A stretch of DNA of 64,000 nt from the NCBI GenBank assembly GCA_009711765.1, contig VEND01000090.1:1065-65064 (forward strand), given 5' to 3'. Positions 35,140-44,662 of this stretch are shown one piece after another (within the stretch, counting starts at the first letter, position 1; each line of letters opens with the position of its first letter). The notes beneath the pieces were generated by a model. The model ran no database searches. It saw nothing but the letters and a program-made list of their open reading frames with translations, and was not told the DNA's origin. The position numbers were made by a program, and so were the translations under genes. This DNA is from Bacillota bacterium. GTDB taxonomy: Bacteria > Bacillota > Clostridia > Tissierellales > MES13.

Positions 35140-36275
35140 AAATAGTTGAGCTTTGTGCTATAGACCAAACCATGGATATATTTTTAGATAGATTAAATAA
35201 AGGATTAGTTAAGGAAGGTTTTAAAGTTACCTTAGTTTGTTCAAAGGGCCCTTTTACTGAGAAACTAAAATCTAAAGGGTTTAATGTAGTAAATATAAAA
35301 ATAGATAGAAAAATTTCTTTAGTATCTAATATTAAAAGTATTTATAGATTATATAAATTATTTAAAGATGAAAAAATAGATATAGTACATGTACATACTC
35401 CCATAGCTTCTGTGTTAGGAAGAATTGCAGCAAGATTTGCTAAAGTTAAATTAATTATATATACGTCCCATGGATTTTATTTTCATGAAAATATGAACAG
35501 CTTAAAATATAAAATATTTTTAAATATAGAAAAATATATAGGAAGATTTTTTACAGATTTAATATTTACCCAAAGTAAAGAGGATAGATTAACTGCAATA
35601 AAAAATAACTTCCTTAAAAAAGAAAGGATTATATATATAGGTAATGGTGTTGATACCAAAGATAAATTTAATACTAAAAATATAGACCTTAAAAAAATAT
35701 ATAACCTTTATAAAGATTTTAAAATAAATGAAAAGGATATAGTTATTACCTTTATCGGTCGTTTAGTTAAAGAAAAGGGGATACTAGATTTACTTAAAGC
35801 AATGAAATTAATTACTAAAAAAAATATAAAATTACTAGTTATTGGGGATATAGACCAGGGCTCTAGGGATAAAGAAACAAAGGATATTTTAATTGATAAA
35901 TATAAAAAGGATGAAAGAATTATATTTACAGGTTTTAGAGAGGATATAAAAGATTTTTTATTTTTAACAGATATATTTATACTTCCATCCTATAGAGAGG
36001 GTATGCCAAGGTCAATAATTGAAGCAATGGCTATGGAATGTGCTGTAATAGCCACTGATATAAGGGGATGTAGAGAGGAAGTTATTGATGGAAAAACAGG
36101 TTTTTTAGTAAATGTTAATTCACCTAAAGAAATTAAAGAAAAGATTATTTTTCTAAGTGAAAATACTTATCTTTTAAAGGCAATGAAAAATAGAGCTAGG
36201 GTGAGGGCAGAAACTCACTTTAATGAAGAAAAAATAGTGAAAAAACAAATTGATATAATAAAATCATTCTTATAA
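35136..36275 (+). CDS. Glycosyltransferase family 4
   Basis: GT-B fold. C-terminal EGMPRSIIEAMAMECAVIATDIRGCREEV (E-x7-E). Confidence 0.85.
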   Translation: MKIVELCAIDQTMDIFLDRLNKGLVKEGFKVTLVCSKGPFTEKLKSKGFNVVNIKIDRKISLVSNIKSIYRLYKLFKDEKIDIVHVHTPIASVLGRIAARFAKVKLIIYTSHGFYFHENMNSLKYKIFLNIEKYIGRFFTDLIFTQSKEDRLTAIKNNFLKKERIIYIGNGVDTKDKFNTKNIDLKKIYNLYKDFKINEKDIVITFIGRLVKEKGILDLLKAMKLITKKNIKLLVIGDIDQGSRDKETKDILIDKYKKDERIIFTGFREDIKDFLFLTDIFILPSYREGMPRSIIEAMAMECAVIATDIRGCREEVIDGKTGFLVNVNSPKEIKEKIIFLSENTYLLKAMKNRARVRAETHFNEEKIVKKQIDIIKSFL

Positions 36276-36293
36276 CTTTTGGGGGATAAATTT

Positions 36294-37217
36294 ATGGTAT
36301 TAAAAAAGGGTGTTTTCACATTGAGTTTAGATACTGAGCTATCATGGGGAACAGTGGATAAATCTAATAAAAGAATAAAGAACAAATTTTATTATGAAAA
36401 TACAAGGGAAGTTATTTATAGTTTGTTAAATTTAATGGAGAAATATAATATATCAGCTACTTGGGCTATAGTAGGACACTTATTTTTAGAAAGGGAGGAA
36501 TTAATTAATAGTTTAAATGAAAATGATATAAGGTTTAAAAATATTTCATTATGGTATGGAAGGAATATTATTAAAAAAATTAAAAGCAGTAAAGTTTATC
36601 AAGAAATAGGATGTCATAGTTTTTCCCATATGCTTTTTACAGATAAGGATATTAAAAAAGATATATTAACAAAAGAAATTAAAAGATGTATAGATGAAGC
36701 TAATAAAATGGGGATAAAACTAGAAAGCTTTATATTTCCTAGAAATAAAGTAGGATATATTAATGAATTAATAAAAGGAGGTTTTGAGACTTTTAGAGGG
36801 ATAGAACCTAATTGGTATAGTAGTTACAACCCCCTTTTGAAAAAAGGATTACATATAATAGATCAGGTTTTAGCAATAAGTCCTCCTGTTAATACTCCAA
36901 AACAACAAGGGGGAATCTTAAATATACCTGCTTCAATGCTTTATTTACCAATGAATGGGTTTAGAAGATATGTTCCATTAAAATCTAGAATATTAAAGTC
37001 TAAAAAGGGGATTAAGAGAGCTATATCAGAAAAGAAAGTATTTCATTTATGGTTTCATCCTTATAATATAGCTACAAATAAAGAAAAACTTTTATATGGA
37101 TTAGAAGTTATATTTAAAGAAGTTGATAAAGAGAGAAAAAAAGGAAATATTGAGGTAAAAACCATGGGGGAAGTTAATAAACTTTTTAAAAAAAGGATTG
37201 GTTTATATGAAAATTAA
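36294..37217 (+). CDS. Polysaccharide deacetylase-like (CE4) protein
   Basis: ATG 36294 after GGGGGA. FTLSLDTE, ISATWAIVGH and GCHSFSH are metal/His motifs typical of CE4. Confidence 0.65.
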   Translation: MVLKKGVFTLSLDTELSWGTVDKSNKRIKNKFYYENTREVIYSLLNLMEKYNISATWAIVGHLFLEREELINSLNENDIRFKNISLWYGRNIIKKIKSSKVYQEIGCHSFSHMLFTDKDIKKDILTKEIKRCIDEANKMGIKLESFIFPRNKVGYINELIKGGFETFRGIEPNWYSSYNPLLKKGLHIIDQVLAISPPVNTPKQQGGILNIPASMLYLPMNGFRRYVPLKSRILKSKKGIKRAISEKKVFHLWFHPYNIATNKEKLLYGLEVIFKEVDKERKKGNIEVKTMGEVNKLFKKRIGLYEN

Positions 37218-38874
37218 TATTATTAGAGATTTAGATAAACTTCTAATGTATAAAAAAGAATGGAATTTATTACTGAAAGAAAATGACAATAATATAGCTT
37301 TTCTAGAACTAGATTGGATTAAATTATGGTGGAGTTTTTTTAATGATAGTCATAAAATGCTTGTATATGTGTTTAAAAAGGATGAAAAAGTAATAGGATT
37401 TGCACCACTTATGGAAACTGATAAAAGTTATTATAAAATAATTAACTTTATAGGTCATAAAGAGGCAAGTTATATGGACCTTTTGTGTTTAAATGGATAT
37501 AGAAAAGAAATAATTGAAAGGTTAATAAAAGAGTTAAGAGATATTAAAGGAAGGTATATTATTAATCTACATGGATTTTCTATAAACTCGAGTAATTATA
37601 AGTTACTTACTAAATATTTAAAAGAAAAAGAGATTTCTACATATATTACGGGAGGAGATTGTTTTTATATCTATACTAAAAATAAAGATTATGATGAGTA
37701 TATTAAAAAAAGATTTAAAAGCAGTACACGGCAAACGATGAGAAGAAAGGAAAGAAGGCTTAAAAGATTAGGAAATTTATCATTTGAGAGCTTTAAAGAT
37801 ATCCATATAGATCAAATATTTAAAATCCACGATAAACGTTGGAAAAGAAAAGTAGGAAATAAAAGCTTCTCAGAGGGAAAAACTGAAGAATTTTTTAAAC
37901 AATTAGCCAATAAAAATAATTTTACATTCAACACTACTATAGATGTATTATGTTTAAATGATAAAGTTATAAGTTTTATTTATGGTTTTACAACACGCAA
38001 TAGATATACTTTCTATAGGATCGCCCATGATGATGATTTTTCTATATTTAGTCCAGGAGAAATTGTTTTAAAGAAAAAGCTAGAAAAATGTTTAGAAAAT
38101 GATATAGAATATTTTGATTTTGGTATTGGTTATGAACCATATAAAGTTAAATGGAGTGATAGTAAAGTAAATATTAAATCTGTAACATTTCCTACAAAGG
38201 GGATATTTAGTAAAGGAGTTTATATAAAAAAAATCATTAGAAATAAAGTAAGAAAATATTTAAAATCTAACAAGGTATTGTATAATTTTAAAAAGTATAA
38301 ACTAGGAAAAATTAAATATAAATTTACAAAAGAAAACCTATATAATCTATATTTAAAAATTAAAAAGAATTTAAGAGAAAAAGAATTAATAAAATTAAAT
38401 GATAATTATATGTTATATGAAAAAGATTTACATGATATTAATTATAACAAAACCAGTGATATTATTGTAAGAATAGCAGATGTGGAGGACTTAGAATTAA
38501 TAAAAGATATTACATTAGAAAGAAAAAAAGAAATAGTTAGAAAACTTGCTAGAAAAGATATTTGTTTTATAGCACAAAAGGGTAATGAAATAATACATTA
38601 CACATGGATAAGTACAAGAAATATTCTTAAAATCCCTAAATCGAATGAAAAAATTAATATTAATAAAAAGGAAGTATCTATCTATGAAAGCTATACTAAT
38701 AAAAATTATAATACATTAAATAATAATAAAAGTATTTTACAAGCTATCTTAATGATATTGAAAAAAAATGGTTTTACTAGGTGTTATAAAATGGAAAATG
38801 TAAAGAAGAATACTTTCGATAGTAAAACTATTAGTGATGAATTTACGATTATAGATGCTAATAAGTTGATGTAA
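37207..38874 (+). CDS. CelD/FemAB-like GNAT acyltransferase with additional C-terminal GNAT-like domain
   Basis: The N-terminal ~340 aa resemble the BioF2/CelD-like acetyltransferase family (FSPGEIVLKKKLE...YFDFGIG). The C-terminal ~150 aa form a second small acyltransferase-like domain. Confidence 0.55.
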   Translation: MKINIIRDLDKLLMYKKEWNLLLKENDNNIAFLELDWIKLWWSFFNDSHKMLVYVFKKDEKVIGFAPLMETDKSYYKIINFIGHKEASYMDLLCLNGYRKEIIERLIKELRDIKGRYIINLHGFSINSSNYKLLTKYLKEKEISTYITGGDCFYIYTKNKDYDEYIKKRFKSSTRQTMRRKERRLKRLGNLSFESFKDIHIDQIFKIHDKRWKRKVGNKSFSEGKTEEFFKQLANKNNFTFNTTIDVLCLNDKVISFIYGFTTRNRYTFYRIAHDDDFSIFSPGEIVLKKKLEKCLENDIEYFDFGIGYEPYKVKWSDSKVNIKSVTFPTKGIFSKGVYIKKIIRNKVRKYLKSNKVLYNFKKYKLGKIKYKFTKENLYNLYLKIKKNLREKELIKLNDNYMLYEKDLHDINYNKTSDIIVRIADVEDLELIKDITLERKKEIVRKLARKDICFIAQKGNEIIHYTWISTRNILKIPKSNEKININKKEVSIYESYTNKNYNTLNNNKSILQAILMILKKNGFTRCYKMENVKKNTFDSKTISDEFTIIDANKLM

Positions 38875-38875
38875 A

Positions 38876-40411
38876 ATGAATAAAGAAATTAAAAGTATAG
38901 TAATAGTATCATTAATAACTATATTATCAAGGTTATCAGGTTTTATTAGGGAAATGACATTGGCATCTTTCTATGGTGTTACCTTCTTTACTGATGCTTA
39001 CTTACTTTCAAATGCTATACCTTCAGTAATTTTTTCTGGTATAGCTATAGCATTAGGAACTATTTTTATACCAGTATACTCGAATATAGTAGAAAATGAA
39101 AGTAAAAATAAAGCTTTAGATTTTACTAATACTATAATAAATATTGTTATATTAATTTCAGTACTTATGAGTGTATTAACAATAATGTTTACAAAACCAA
39201 TAGTTATGATTTTTGCTTCTGGATTTGAAGGAGAAATACTAAAATTGACTATAAAGTTTTCAAAAGTATTACTTTTAAGCATAGTTTTCATAGGGATAAA
39301 CTATATCTTAATTGCATTTTTAGAGGCAAATAAAAAATACTATATACCTGTTTTTTCAAGGATACCTGTTAACGCTTTTATAATAATATCAATAATACTA
39401 AGCTATATAATAAATATAAACATATTAATATATGGAACACTTTTAAGTATGTTTCTTCAAACAATAATATTAGTTTCTTTTGTTTACAAGGTAGGATATA
39501 GATATAAAGTATTTATAAATATAAAAGATGAGAATATAAAAAAGATGTTTGTTTTAGTTATACCTGTTTTTTTATCTACAGCGGTAGGGAAACTAAATGT
39601 TTTAATAGATAAATCTTTAGCATCCACTTTAGAAGAAGGTAGCATATCTGCATTAAATTTTGGAGATAAAATAAATTTGATGATATATGGGATTGTTATA
39701 GCATCGATGATAACTGTTATATATCCTAATATGATAAAAGTTGCTTTAAAGGATAATATAATAATTTTTAAAAGATATATAATCAAAATAATAAATATAA
39801 TAATATTATTAGTAATACCTTTATCAGTTCTTACTATGTGTTTAAGTACTCCAATAGTAAAAATATTATTTCAAAGGGGGCACTTTAATTATAGGGCTAC
39901 TTTTCTTACTTCTGAGACATTATTTTATTATTCTATAGGTCTTATAGGTATTAGCATTATTGGTTTTTTAACAAGGGTATTTTACTCTTTAGAGGACTCT
40001 AAAACACCGGTAATTATAGGAGTTTTAACTATGATAGTTAATATAATATTAAATTTTCTTCTAGTTAATTATCTAAAGCATAAAGGCTTAGCTTTAGCTA
40101 CAAGTATATCTTCATTATTTGGAGCAATATTATTACTTTTTTATTTAAGAAAAAAGTTAGGATCTATAGGAGAAATTAAAATAATATTCTTAACAATAAA
40201 GGTAAGTATATCTTCGCTTTTTATGTTTATGGGAGTTAAGTTGTTTTATAAAATTTCTAATTTTTTAAACAATAATACTATCACTGAGCTTATGCTTTTA
40301 TTGTTTTCTATAATAATTGGCGGTCTAATATACTTATTATTAATAAAGTTAATGAAAGTAAAAGAATTTAAATTAGTAAGTAAAGAGGTTAAAACTTTTT
40401 TAAAATTATAG
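38876..40411 (+). CDS. MurJ/MviN-family (MOP) flippase
   Basis: 14-TM protein. The N-terminus ILSRLSGFIREMTLASFYG..F.TDAY is typical of MurJ. Confidence 0.82.
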   Translation: MNKEIKSIVIVSLITILSRLSGFIREMTLASFYGVTFFTDAYLLSNAIPSVIFSGIAIALGTIFIPVYSNIVENESKNKALDFTNTIINIVILISVLMSVLTIMFTKPIVMIFASGFEGEILKLTIKFSKVLLLSIVFIGINYILIAFLEANKKYYIPVFSRIPVNAFIIISIILSYIININILIYGTLLSMFLQTIILVSFVYKVGYRYKVFINIKDENIKKMFVLVIPVFLSTAVGKLNVLIDKSLASTLEEGSISALNFGDKINLMIYGIVIASMITVIYPNMIKVALKDNIIIFKRYIIKIINIIILLVIPLSVLTMCLSTPIVKILFQRGHFNYRATFLTSETLFYYSIGLIGISIIGFLTRVFYSLEDSKTPVIIGVLTMIVNIILNFLLVNYLKHKGLALATSISSLFGAILLLFYLRKKLGSIGEIKIIFLTIKVSISSLFMFMGVKLFYKISNFLNNNTITELMLLLFSIIIGGLIYLLLIKLMKVKEFKLVSKEVKTFLKL

Positions 40412-40435
40412 ATAAAAGTAAATAGCAGTTGAGTC

Positions 40436-41566
40436 TTGGGGGAGATTAAAATCAAGGAAAAAAAAATAAAAATCATATATTTCATCCCATGTATTGCCAT
40501 AGGAGGAGCTGAAGGACAATTACAATTATTAATAAAAAAACTAAATAAAAAAAAATATGATATTACTCTTTGTACAATTAAATCTAATGATGAATTTTTC
40601 TTAAAAGGTATTAGAGGTACTGCTAAAATTTTAGAGTTAAATATAAATAGAATCAGTGACTTTTTTAATATAAAAAAAATGGTTAAATTATTTAAAATAT
40701 ATAAAGAGTTAAAAGAAATTAACTTTCATATTATACAAGGCTATTTATTCTATGGTAAGATATTTGCTTTTTTTCTTAAATTATTATCAAGTAACTCTGT
40801 GTTTATTTCTGCAGAAAGAAATACCGGTTATTGGAGAAAGAGATACCATATTATTATAGAAAATATTTTAAACAGATATATAGACTTATATATAGTTATC
40901 TCTAATGCCGTTAAAAAAGCTTTAATAAAGCAATTAAATATAAATTTTAACAAAGTAAAAGTGGTGTATAATGGTATAGATGAAAAAAAATTTTATGTTA
41001 ATAAAAATAAGAGAAGTAAAGATAGGAAAATAGCTATTATAGGAAGGTTTCATCCAGTTAAAGGGCATAAATTCTTTTTTCATTTAGCTAAAGAATTAAT
41101 TAATGAATATGATGATAAACTTAAATTTTTAGTAGTTGGAGAGGGGGATTATGAAGAAAATATAATTTCTTGTAGTAAGGAATTAAACGTTTATAATAAT
41201 ACTTCTTTCATAAAGGGTAAAACTGATTTATTAGATATCTATAATGAAATCAAATTACTTTTAATATGTTCTTATTCAGAAGGTTTTTCTAATGTTGCAG
41301 CAGAGGCTATGATGTGTGGAGTTCCTATAGTTGCTTTTTCAGTGGGGAGTTTAATAGAAGTTATAAGTAGTGGAGAAACTGGTTATTTAGTCGAATTTGG
41401 GAACATAAAAGAAATGAAAGAAAAGGTTATAATTCTTTTAGAAGATGATATAACTTATAATAAAATGTCCCAAAATGCAATAAAAAAAGCTAAATTAAAA
41501 TTCACTTTAAACAGATTAGTATATGAAACAGAACAAATATATGAAAATATATGTAAGGATAAATAA
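40436..41566 (+). CDS. Glycosyltransferase family 4
   Basis: TTG start (uncertain). IGGAEGQ N-terminal motif. EGFSNVAAEAMMCGVPIVAFSVGSLIEVI. Confidence 0.8.
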   Translation: MGEIKIKEKKIKIIYFIPCIAIGGAEGQLQLLIKKLNKKKYDITLCTIKSNDEFFLKGIRGTAKILELNINRISDFFNIKKMVKLFKIYKELKEINFHIIQGYLFYGKIFAFFLKLLSSNSVFISAERNTGYWRKRYHIIIENILNRYIDLYIVISNAVKKALIKQLNINFNKVKVVYNGIDEKKFYVNKNKRSKDRKIAIIGRFHPVKGHKFFFHLAKELINEYDDKLKFLVVGEGDYEENIISCSKELNVYNNTSFIKGKTDLLDIYNEIKLLLICSYSEGFSNVAAEAMMCGVPIVAFSVGSLIEVISSGETGYLVEFGNIKEMKEKVIILLEDDITYNKMSQNAIKKAKLKFTLNRLVYETEQIYENICKDK

Positions 41567-41598
41567 AAATAATAAAAAACTCTAAAGGGAGTTTGAGT

Positions 41599-42780
41599 AT
41601 GGGGAAATTTTATGTTTTTATCATAATTATAGTAACCTTTGTATTAGTATTATCAGGAACATTCTATTTAACAGTTAATTTAAATAATTTACAAAAGGGC
41701 ATGCTTATAGGATCTATATTTAGTATTTTATATTTATTTGTATTTTCAAAATTAATAATACAAATAAATGTTAAGATATTTATTATATATTCATTTTTTT
41801 TTGTAATATGTTTATTATCATCACTTATTAATCAAGATGAAGAATTATTTAAGGGGATATTAATTTTATATTTAATGTATGTATCATTAGGTATCATATA
41901 TCCATCGATGTTTCCTTATAATATAAATATTAATAAACTACTATTTTTAATATTTATATTTAGTCATACTCCTTTAATTTTAGTATCTATTTTATTAAGA
42001 GGAATAAATATACCCTATAGTGGAATATTTTATAATTCTAATGCATTTGGTTCTGTTATTACTATAATATGTATCATGTTATTTTCTAGATTATCATCTA
42101 TAATAGATGATTTTGTGTTTTTTAATAAAAACCATCTATTTAAAGGGCTATTGCTTTTAAGTTTGCTATTTTTAAGTTTTATCTTAATACTTATATCAAA
42201 TAGTAGAACTAGTTTTTTTACAGTGTTTATAATAACTTTTATTTATTTAGTTAGTTTGTTTATAAAAACTATACTTAAAATGAGTAAGGATATAGAAAAA
42301 CTAATCAAAATGATGTTTATTATTAATTTACTTATAATATTTTGTTTATGTTTTGTATATATGGCAGATGTTAATCAGTTATTAAAAGAAACTATTATTG
42401 ATAAAACATTAAAAAAATCAAATGATCTATTGTCAGGCAGAGGAGAAATTTGGAAAATGACTATAAATGAAATGAAATTTTTCGGAAATGGAAGGGAGTA
42501 TTTCACATCGAAACATATAGCTCCCTATAGTACATATATAAGTTTGTTAGGACAATATGGTATATTAGCTTGTATAATTTATTGCTTATTCTTACTTATT
42601 ATGTGCTATTATTCCTATAATTACATACTTAAAAATAATAAAGATAGTTATAGATATACTCCTTTATATATTACCTTAGTTTTTATTATAATGTCCTTTG
42701 CTGAGGGAATGTTTTTTAAGACTCCAATGGTAATGACTTATTTAACTATAGGAATTACTTCTGTTAGTAAGGGACACTAA
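41599..42780 (+). CDS. O-antigen ligase/polymerase-like (Wzy-type) membrane protein
   Basis: ATG 41599 is 7 nt after AAGGGAG. About 10 TM helices with an SNSRTSFF loop motif of the Wzy_C/O-antigen ligase family. Confidence 0.7.
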   Translation: MGKFYVFIIIIVTFVLVLSGTFYLTVNLNNLQKGMLIGSIFSILYLFVFSKLIIQINVKIFIIYSFFFVICLLSSLINQDEELFKGILILYLMYVSLGIIYPSMFPYNININKLLFLIFIFSHTPLILVSILLRGINIPYSGIFYNSNAFGSVITIICIMLFSRLSSIIDDFVFFNKNHLFKGLLLLSLLFLSFILILISNSRTSFFTVFIITFIYLVSLFIKTILKMSKDIEKLIKMMFIINLLIIFCLCFVYMADVNQLLKETIIDKTLKKSNDLLSGRGEIWKMTINEMKFFGNGREYFTSKHIAPYSTYISLLGQYGILACIIYCLFLLIMCYYSYNYILKNNKDSYRYTPLYITLVFIIMSFAEGMFFKTPMVMTYLTIGITSVSKGH

Positions 42781-42781
42781 G

Positions 42782-43717
42782 TTAGTTTAGGGCATTAATA
42801 TGTTTTGTTAAATCATTATGGTCTATAATCTCATACCATATACCATTTTCTTTTTTAGAATGGGTTTTTAGGGTATGGGTTTTTATATTTAATGAATCAA
42901 TATTTTTTACTTTAAAAGCAACATTTAATAATAACTTCCAATCTAAATTTGATTTAACATTTTCTTTTACTATTTTTATAGCACTAGGGACTTTAAAAAT
43001 ATTTTTAGGATTTAAAATTTCCTTACCTATTGATAATATAACTTCCTGTTGTCTTTTAATTCTTCCAAAATCCCCTTCACTATCGTGTCTGAAACGGACA
43101 TATTTTAATGCCTTCTCACCATTTAGAGTATGGATACCCTTTTTTATTATTAATTTTTCATCATTATAATAAAAATCCTTCTTTGCATTAACTTTGACTC
43201 CACCTAAAGAATCTATTATTTTTATAAAACCATTAAAATTTACATGTAAATAGTAATCAATATTAATATCTAATAAATTTTTTATAGTTTCATTTTGAAG
43301 TTTAATACCACCATAGGCATGGGCTGCATTAATTTTAGTTATCCATTTTCCAGGGATTTTAACTTTGCTATCCCTAGGAATTGAAAGTATATAAAAATCT
43401 TTCTTAGGAGTATATTTAATAATCATTAAAACATCACTTCTTGATTTTTCTGTATTCCTTTCATCAGTACCATAAAGGGCTAGTATTAAAGGTTTGTTAT
43501 TTTTAGTATTTTTTATTTCTTTATTTTCTATTTTTTCTTTTTCTTTTCCTTTATAAGTACTTAGGGTTTTAACTTTACTTATTAAGTAATGAAGGTTATC
43601 ATTATCTAGGTAATTATTATTAAAGTCTTTAATATTATTATCTTTTTTATGGGTATATGGATAAAGTATAATCAAAAATGTAAATAGTAATATAAACAAA
43701 ACTTTTATTTTTTTCAT
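42782..43717 (-). CDS. LytR-CpsA-Psr (LCP) family glycopolymer ligase
   Basis: Likely start is the MKKIKVLF Met at 43717. TM anchor. RSDVLMIIKY...LSIPRDSKVKIPG...INAAHAYGG. Confidence 0.85.
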   Translation of the reverse strand: MKKIKVLFILLFTFLIILYPYTHKKDNNIKDFNNNYLDNDNLHYLISKVKTLSTYKGKEKEKIENKEIKNTKNNKPLILALYGTDERNTEKSRSDVLMIIKYTPKKDFYILSIPRDSKVKIPGKWITKINAAHAYGGIKLQNETIKNLLDINIDYYLHVNFNGFIKIIDSLGGVKVNAKKDFYYNDEKLIIKKGIHTLNGEKALKYVRFRHDSEGDFGRIKRQQEVILSIGKEILNPKNIFKVPSAIKIVKENVKSNLDWKLLLNVAFKVKNIDSLNIKTHTLKTHSKKENGIWYEIIDHNDLTKHINALN

Positions 43718-43809
43718 ATTATACGCCCCTAAAAGGTTTTCAAAATGATATATTATAGTATATGATTGTAATAGGGCCATATGTTAATATTTATTGAAAG
43801 GATGAAATT

Positions 43810-44100
43810 ATGAATATAATGGATTTGATAGATAAAAACAAAAAAAATATAATAAAAGTAGCGAAAAAATATAATATAGAAAAGGTTAAAGTATCTGCTT
43901 TAACTAAAAAGGGTAAAAAATTTAAAGATAAAGACATTAAGTTATTAATATCTTTTAATGGTGAAAACACTTTATATGACCTTTTATCATTTAAAAAAGA
44001 GATAAATGATATTTTAAAAAGGAATATTGATGTATCAACTATAGAATCTATTCATCCAGATTTAAGAAAGCATATTAATGAAACTATAGAGATTTTATAA
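43810..44100 (+). CDS. Small nucleotidyltransferase-fold-like protein (weak)
   Basis: 96 aa. The layout resembles minimal MNT/pol-beta NTases, but the GS...D.D catalytic motif is not evident. Confidence 0.35.
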   Translation: MNIMDLIDKNKKNIIKVAKKYNIEKVKVSALTKKGKKFKDKDIKLLISFNGENTLYDLLSFKKEINDILKRNIDVSTIESIHPDLRKHINETIEIL

Positions 44101-44124
44101 AATAAAGCTAGAAAGGATGTTTCT

Positions 44125-44550
44125 ATGATAGTTACAGTTAGGATAGACGGAGAACAGCAAACCCCTGAGGGAGAAAAAAATAATATAGAGTTAGTAACAG
44201 AGGGAAAGTTTTATAAAAAGAAGGGAATATACTATATTATATATGAAGAAACTGAAGTATCAGGGATGGAAGGTACTACTACTACCCTTAAAATTAGGGA
44301 TGGAAAAGTATCGATGAAAAGATATGGCACTAATCAATCAAAACTTATATTTGAAAAGGGAGTTAAGCATAATACTAAATATAAAACAGACTTTGGAGAA
44401 ATGTTAATGGAGGTTATGACAAGTAAAATAGATATAGATTTAGATGAAAAGGGCACAGGAAGTCTATATTTAGACTATAGGCTTAATATCTCTAATTCAG
44501 TAGAGAGTCGTAATAAATTAAATTTAAAAATAACTCCTAAAAACAAATAA
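44125..44550 (+). CDS. DUF1934 (YwiB-like) beta-barrel protein
   Basis: 141 aa. The pattern VTEGKFYKKKG.YYI.YEE...TTTLKI.DGKV...R.G is typical of YwiB/DUF1934. Confidence 0.7.
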   Translation: MIVTVRIDGEQQTPEGEKNNIELVTEGKFYKKKGIYYIIYEETEVSGMEGTTTTLKIRDGKVSMKRYGTNQSKLIFEKGVKHNTKYKTDFGEMLMEVMTSKIDIDLDEKGTGSLYLDYRLNISNSVESRNKLNLKITPKNK

Positions 44551-44557
44551 TAAATTT

Positions 44558-44590
44558 AAATCAACCTTTAATAGGGTTGATTTTTTATAT
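44558..44590 (+). terminator. Rho-independent terminator
   Basis: TCAACC...GGTTGA stem plus T6. Confidence 0.7.
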
Positions 44591-44662
44591 AAACTTTTAA
44601 TATTATTTTTATAAAATGATATAATAAAAATAATAAATTATACTAAAGGGGAAAAGATTTTA

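Noticed and set aside
43810-44550. Small NTase-like ORF plus neighbouring 141-aa ORF, considered as a possible MNT/HEPN-type toxin-antitoxin or defence pair.
   Set aside because: The second protein matches the DUF1934/YwiB pattern rather than HEPN. The first lacks the GS..D.D catalytic motif. The genes are separated by a normal RBS spacer, with no overlap typical of TA pairs.
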